Positions 59,357-64,000 of a stretch of 64,000 nucleotides of DNA are shown piece by piece. The notes beneath the pieces are model-generated. The model made no database searches. It had not been told where the DNA came from and worked only from the letters and a program-made list of their open reading frames with translations. Source of the DNA: Candidatus Hydrogenedens sp. (lineage in GTDB: Bacteria > Hydrogenedentota > Hydrogenedentia > Hydrogenedentales > Hydrogenedentaceae); contig DAOSBX010000013.1 in NCBI GenBank assembly GCA_035361075.1, positions 10,160 through 74,159 on the forward strand, given 5' to 3'. Position 1 is the stretch's first letter, and every line of letters begins with the position of its first letter. Position numbers and translations under genes: made by a program.

Positions 59357-61645
59357 CTATTTACGTTCCTGCCTTTTTATAGCACTCAAAGAGATTAGAG
59401 CAACACATATCAATGCAAGGTCTAATAACCCTTTCCCTTTATTCTGGCTTGTTGTTGTTTCTTCTGCGGATTTACTTCCAGCACAACCTTTAATAACATT
59501 TGGAATTCTAATCAGAGCATCTCTACATGAATCACAATTTAACCAATCAAGTATGAATGCAGAAACAATAAAAATAGCACCAAATCCAGGTATATCTCTT
59601 AACAATACCTGTTGAATATTTCCTGTCGGAGTAGCGGATTGATTCGGTGTACGAGGTGTATTGGTGATGTTAGTAGTGGTTTCTCCTTCACCAGGAACCG
59701 CCGTACTTCCCCCTGTCCCTGCTCCACCACTACCTCCACCAGTGCCACTTCCACCTCCACCACTTCCACCTCCTCCACCTCCACCACTACCACCACCTCC
59801 ACCACCACTTGAAGCACCGCTGAAATTAAATGTTGTTGTATTTGAGGTGAATTGACTTCCTGATGATAATATGTAAGAAAGAATTGTTTGAATTGAACAT
59901 GAAGAGGTAGCGGTAGAAGGAACACCTGCATTTATATCGAAGGTAAATGGTATCGATGGAATGGTTGTCCATACAAATTCAAGTGGAGTTACCCCGTCTG
60001 ATATTGTTCCAACCGTAGGAGATACTTGGGGTCCATTTGTACAACCTAAATATTGCCATCCCGCAGGTATATAACAAGTCAAAGTTAAACTTGTAATATC
60101 TCCCCCTGAAGTACCATTGCATGTAATTCTAACTGTTACATTACTCCCAGGAACATAATAATCTCCAGAAACAGTCCCAATAATTTGCTGATTAATCACA
60201 ATATTTGTCTCGACTGCACCTTCTGGAGTTCCTTCTGGAATACCTTCATTAATTCCTTCAGGTTGCCCTTCAGGACAGGGTCCTGTAGATACTAAGATAC
60301 TTACAGAACTATTCTGTATCGCTTGTGTTCCCGCTTGTGGATTCTGGTCTATTATAATTCCAGCACTTACATTATTGTTACACTGATATGTTATTGTTCC
60401 CACATTCAGGTCTGCCCCTGCAAGTGTATTCCCTGCTGTAGTAATATCTGACCCAATAACATTTGGTACAGTAGTAAGACAAGGTCCTGTTGATACAACA
60501 ATATTTACTGCACTTCCTGGCAATACTTGCTCTCCTGGTTCAGGATACTGGTCTATTACTCTACCTACTGCTACTGAATTACTACACTGTTCGGTTGCAG
60601 TCCCTACTATTAACCCTGACGAAATGATTGTATTCTCCGCAGAACTTCTCTCCATACCTACAACATTAGGTACAGTATACTGCCATCCAAAGTAAGGGTA
60701 GGTCTCATTTTCTACAATGTCCCATACATTAATAAAATCCCATCCTGTAAAAGTCATTTGTTTTTTCATATCAATTGTCGTTTTACCTATCCCCTCATCT
60801 GAATTACTCTGACCCGAAGCGTTTATATCCCAATAACTATTATTTACTGCTCCATATTCGTTATACCCAACAAAACCTCCAACACGATTCATACCCGAAA
60901 CAAGTCCAGCCGAATAACATTCTGTTATTGAACCATCATTCAATCCAACAAAACCACCAATGTTATAAGACGCTCCAGAAATTGCTCCTAATGCGTAGCA
61001 TTGCACCACAGTTCCTACGTTCCAGCCTATCAATCCACCAGCATTATCCGCACCAGAAAGTGAACACGTAGAAAAAGATCGCGAAATGTTTCCATTACCA
61101 CTACTATAACTAATATTTACCCCGACCAGACCGCCAAGGTAATTTACTCCTGATACGGCCCCAGAAGAAGAACACTTTGTTATATTCCCTCCACTATTCC
61201 AACCAACTAAACTACCAACAAAATAATTTCCCGATACATTGGCATTGTCTAACTTTAAGTCAGATACCCAACCACCAGGACCTACATATCCAAACAAACC
61301 AATATTATCTTGATTTGAATCATTAATATATAAATTTTTTATAACATGCCCTTTCCCATTAAATCCACCAGTGAATGGTTTTAACGCTGTCCCTATGGGG
61401 GCAAAACCTTTGCCACCATTCCAATTGACTGTATCACTTGCGTCAATGTCTTGAGTTAATTCATACGCACCATCTATTGGATATGACACATCATTACCTA
61501 TTTTTTGCAAATTATCAATACTGTTGATAGGAATAACTGCATATCCTTGCAAACTTATACAAATCAAAGAAATCCCAAACCAAACAGCACAAATACACTT
61601 ACTGCTTAAAAATACCGTTTCTCTTCCCTTCGAAAAGTAATTCAT
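59357..61645 (-). CDS. Large secreted/surface protein: GLUG repeats, 2 PASTA domains, PEG repeats, Ig-like region, (GGS)n linker, hydrophobic C-terminal tail
   Basis: Signal peptide. Repeated GLUG-type motifs (GLFGYVG, GGLVGVN, GGLIGWNVG, GGFVGLNDG, GGFVGYNEYG). Two PASTA-like units VPNVVGM...IVVSTGPC and VPNVIGS...ILVSTGPC. PEGQPEGINEGIPEGTPEG. 60-aa Gly/Ser tract. C-terminal ...IPGFGAIFIVSAFIL...LLDLALICVALISLSAIKRQERK. Confidence 0.7.
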   Translation of the reverse strand: MNYFSKGRETVFLSSKCICAVWFGISLICISLQGYAVIPINSIDNLQKIGNDVSYPIDGAYELTQDIDASDTVNWNGGKGFAPIGTALKPFTGGFNGKGHVIKNLYINDSNQDNIGLFGYVGPGGWVSDLKLDNANVSGNYFVGSLVGWNSGGNITKCSSSGAVSGVNYLGGLVGVNISYSSGNGNISRSFSTCSLSGADNAGGLIGWNVGTVVQCYALGAISGASYNIGGFVGLNDGSITECYSAGLVSGMNRVGGFVGYNEYGAVNNSYWDINASGQSNSDEGIGKTTIDMKKQMTFTGWDFINVWDIVENETYPYFGWQYTVPNVVGMERSSAENTIISSGLIVGTATEQCSNSVAVGRVIDQYPEPGEQVLPGSAVNIVVSTGPCLTTVPNVIGSDITTAGNTLAGADLNVGTITYQCNNNVSAGIIIDQNPQAGTQAIQNSSVSILVSTGPCPEGQPEGINEGIPEGTPEGAVETNIVINQQIIGTVSGDYYVPGSNVTVRITCNGTSGGDITSLTLTCYIPAGWQYLGCTNGPQVSPTVGTISDGVTPLEFVWTTIPSIPFTFDINAGVPSTATSSCSIQTILSYILSSGSQFTSNTTTFNFSGASSGGGGGGSGGGGGGGSGGGGSGTGGGSGGAGTGGSTAVPGEGETTTNITNTPRTPNQSATPTGNIQQVLLRDIPGFGAIFIVSAFILDWLNCDSCRDALIRIPNVIKGCAGSKSAEETTTSQNKGKGLLDLALICVALISLSAIKRQERK

Positions 61646-62110
61646 AGCATCTTTCCTATATTGATTTTTTATTTATAATAAGAAAATTAAAGTTAACTGT
61701 TTTAAATAAACTAACTTTATATTATCTATTAAGGGGGGTGAAAATATAACTTACAATAAGTAATCAAAATATATTTGACTGCCTTCCTACCATATTATTA
61801 TGGCAACTATTTTTTTATTATACAAATACGTTCCTTTATGTGAGAAAGAAATAAGATAAATAATCTCACCTTTTTCCATCGATTTATCTACATTACTTTA
61901 TATCATATCGTGTCAGGAATTTCAAATTACAGTCTTGAAAGAGATGTTACCATAATCATAATAGAAATTTTTTATAAAGATATGTTATAACAATCGTCAT
62001 TCAAAAAATAGAATTTAGTTCTAAAAAGCAGTTGTTAGTAAAAAAATCGAATAAATAGGGATATTGACCAATAATTTTTTACAAATATGAAATCAGGATG
62101 TTTTTAAGAT

Positions 62111-62683
62111 ATGGGAATAAAGGTTGTTCATTTTAAGTGCCATCATTGTGGTCATTGTTGCCGAGATGTTATTTGTTGTCCGACACCATTCGATGTAATT
62201 CAGATAGTTAAGGCAACAAATTTAAGTCCAAAAGAGTTTTTAGAATTTGTAACGCCTGAAGATATTCAGGGTATTGCCAAGTCTGACCCGACATGGCTTA
62301 AAGTTAATGGTAAAAAGTATATGATGGCTCTGAAACGAACTCAGAAAGGATGTTTTTTCCGCGACACTAAAAATGGTTTTTGCAAGGTATATCACCACCG
62401 CCCTTTATTATGCAGGTTATTTCCATTTAAATTGAGACAAAAAAGGTCTGGCGAGGTTCATTCATTCTCATTACACAAAGATGTTGGCTGTCCAAAACAT
62501 CGTGATGGTCTGGTAAATGTTGAAGAACTAACAAAAATATGGGAAGAAGACCAAGAACACCAACAGGATTACCAGGAGTTAGTCGCATATTTTAATAGTC
62601 AACATAAATCTGCAAACACACCATTTGACTTTATTGATTTATTCGTGGTGATAATAAAAAGTAAACGAATAAGTACAAAATAA
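62111..62683 (+). CDS. YkgJ-family Cys-cluster protein (putative Zn/Fe-chelating domain, UPF0153)
   Basis: CHHCGHCC (CxxCxxCC) near the N-terminus, further Cys (CFF..C, CRLFPF). 190 aa. Confidence 0.6.
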   Translation: MGIKVVHFKCHHCGHCCRDVICCPTPFDVIQIVKATNLSPKEFLEFVTPEDIQGIAKSDPTWLKVNGKKYMMALKRTQKGCFFRDTKNGFCKVYHHRPLLCRLFPFKLRQKRSGEVHSFSLHKDVGCPKHRDGLVNVEELTKIWEEDQEHQQDYQELVAYFNSQHKSANTPFDFIDLFVVIIKSKRISTK

Positions 62684-62721
62684 AGAAAAGAAAACGAAAA
62701 ATTAACAGAAGGAATTTAACA

Positions 62722-63561
62722 ATGAAGACCATCCTCATACTCACATTAGCCATTGCCTTTTTATTATCCACCAATGTCGGTGGTGCAGAACCATTAAAGG
62801 TTCTTTATCTCACCAAATCTTCAGGTTTCGAACATAGTGTAGTGAAACGAGAAAACAATCAACTTTCCTTTTCCGAAAAAATTTTAGTAGAGTTGGGAAA
62901 TAAAAATGGTTGGCAGGTCGAGTGCACTAAAGATGCCTCAAAAATCAATGCTGAGAATTTAAATAATTACGATGTCGTAATTTTTTATACCTCTGGCGAT
63001 TTAACAGAAGCAGGTACTGATGGACAACCCCCTATGAAGTCCGAAGGGGAACAAGAACTAATTAAATGGATACAGAATGGAGGTGGTTTTATTGGTATAC
63101 ATCCAGCAAACGACAGTTTCCATTCTAAGGGGGATAAAATAAGTGATTATGTAAAAATGTTAGGAGGTGAATTCGCAACACATGGCAAACAATTCAAAGG
63201 AAAACTCGAAATTGTAAGTAAAGGACATCCCGCCTTAGGAAACTTCCCCGATGGCTGGGAAACAGAAGAAGAATGGTATTTGATGAAAAATATGAACAAA
63301 GAAATCATGCATGTGTTGATATTACTAAATCCAGGTGAAGAACGGAAGAAACAGGAAATGTATAATGTCCCGAGTTATCCGATTGTTTGGTGTCATGAAT
63401 TTGGAAAGGGACGAGTAGTATATAATGGATTGGGTCATCGCGAAGATGTTTGGGAAAGTTCCCAATATCAAGAACTCCTAAAGTCAAATATCATTTGGGC
63501 AAGTGGACAAGGTCCTGCTCAGGCAGAACCCAACTACCAAAAGGTGATGCCAGAAAAATAA
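62722..63561 (+). CDS. ThuA-domain (class-I glutamine-amidotransferase-like) secreted protein
   Basis: Signal peptide. KVLYLTKSSGFEH, GGGFIGIHPA, YPIVWCHEFGKGRVVYNGLGH are conserved ThuA blocks. Confidence 0.75.
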   Translation: MKTILILTLAIAFLLSTNVGGAEPLKVLYLTKSSGFEHSVVKRENNQLSFSEKILVELGNKNGWQVECTKDASKINAENLNNYDVVIFYTSGDLTEAGTDGQPPMKSEGEQELIKWIQNGGGFIGIHPANDSFHSKGDKISDYVKMLGGEFATHGKQFKGKLEIVSKGHPALGNFPDGWETEEEWYLMKNMNKEIMHVLILLNPGEERKKQEMYNVPSYPIVWCHEFGKGRVVYNGLGHREDVWESSQYQELLKSNIIWASGQGPAQAEPNYQKVMPEK

Positions 63562-63614
63562 AGACTAAGCCAATCCTTGCTCTTTATATTGTTTTCAAAA
63601 AAATTCTGCCTGCT

Positions 63615-64000
63615 TTAACTAATAAAATTTGAGAGCAGGATTATTGTTGTTGCCTCGTATAAAGCAGCGATAGCAAGCAAACATGCAGAGGCAAGAGTCG
63701 CAGAGATTAGAATACGGAAACCCTTTGTAAATTTCATCAAACAATTTTTCCGTGTAAATAAAACGTTCCAGACATAATATGTCCAGAGTAAAACGGCAAA
63801 AACAGCCAATATATATGCCTCTAATTCCAAAACAATAGTTATAGAATGAAATGTCAGTCGCACAGCCGTTCCTGCCCAAATAGGAGCCATTGCATAACCT
63901 GCAAATGCAAAGCTAACCAAATTCTTCAATACCCCTAATAGAAATGGAGGGATAGAAATAAGTATTGTTAATAAAAATGTTTGAACCCAGAAATTGTTGT
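63615..64000 (-). CDS. Integral membrane protein, 3' portion (gene probably starts beyond the window end)
   Basis: Hydrophobic minus-strand ORF that continues to the window boundary. Confidence 0.3.
   Translation of the reverse strand, partial: NNFWVQTFLLTILISIPPFLLGVLKNLVSFAFAGYAMAPIWAGTAVRLTFHSITIVLELEAYILAVFAVLLWTYYVWNVLFTRKNCLMKFTKGFRILISATLASACLLAIAALYEATTIILLSNFIS

Noticed and set aside
59599-59931. Overlapping ORFs on both strands encoding poly-Pro/poly-Thr/poly-Val peptides
   Set aside because: These are frame artefacts of the (GGN)n repeat within the real surface-protein gene.
1-64000. Mobile elements, prophage and defence systems
   Set aside because: I found no transposase or integrase-like ORF, no flanking direct or inverted repeats, and no CRISPR or restriction-modification signatures in any frame. 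The SNase-like nuclease is a secreted enzyme with a signal peptide, not a recognisable defence nuclease.

Overview
This 64-kb window is a gene-dense chromosomal stretch from an AT-rich bacterium (about 40% GC by eye). The gene content (DUF1573 lipoprotein, PhoPQ-related lipoprotein, ThuA, Gfo/Idh/MocA-type oxidoreductases, Tat signal, dockerin module, many secreted or membrane proteins) resembles PVC-superphylum or candidate-phylum genomes, but taxonomy cannot be fixed from sequence alone. I can support about 50 protein-coding genes. I found no rRNA, tRNA, CRISPR array, transposase, integrase or prophage signature.

Recognisable housekeeping genes:
- a MacAB-like ABC efflux operon (ATPase, HlyD adaptor, FtsX permease)
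- FKBP- and cyclophilin-type PPIases
- enoyl-CoA hydratase, SDR, PlsC acyltransferase, M28 peptidase
- pyruvate:ferredoxin oxidoreductase with a DHOD-like neighbour
- UvrD/PcrA helicase, PheA, QueC, EamA transporter, IMDH/IDH-family dehydrogenase, DegT aminotransferase, TrxB, YkgJ, ThuA

A glycan-biosynthesis locus at 21.4-28.9 kb holds a sugar-1-P nucleotidyltransferase, a GT4, an alpha/alpha-toroid-like protein, a bi-domain MDR plus Gfo/Idh/MocA oxidoreductase, and an AT-rich GT-C-like membrane protein.

Most worth a second look:
1. A minus-strand cluster at 35.7-40.3 kb: secreted 210-aa protein, GT9 heptosyltransferase-like enzyme, radical-SAM/SPASM enzyme, Tat-exported amidohydrolase. It is a candidate protein- or glycan-modification system.
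2. A 793-aa protein (13578-15959) fusing a neutral-ceramidase-like domain to a peptidase-C45 Ntn-hydrolase/acyltransferase domain.
3. A 762-aa surface protein (59357-61645) with GLUG repeats, two PASTA domains, PEG repeats, a (GGS)n linker and a PGF-like hydrophobic C-terminal region.
4. An Hsp70-like NBD-only ATPase (8489-9913) paired with a polytopic membrane protein (9960-11333).
5. Tandem paralogous membrane-anchored small proteins (42078-43066).
6. An M14 carboxypeptidase with a dockerin module, and a GH3-fold protein with substituted catalytic residues.

All domain calls rest on motif recognition by eye. No database search was run.
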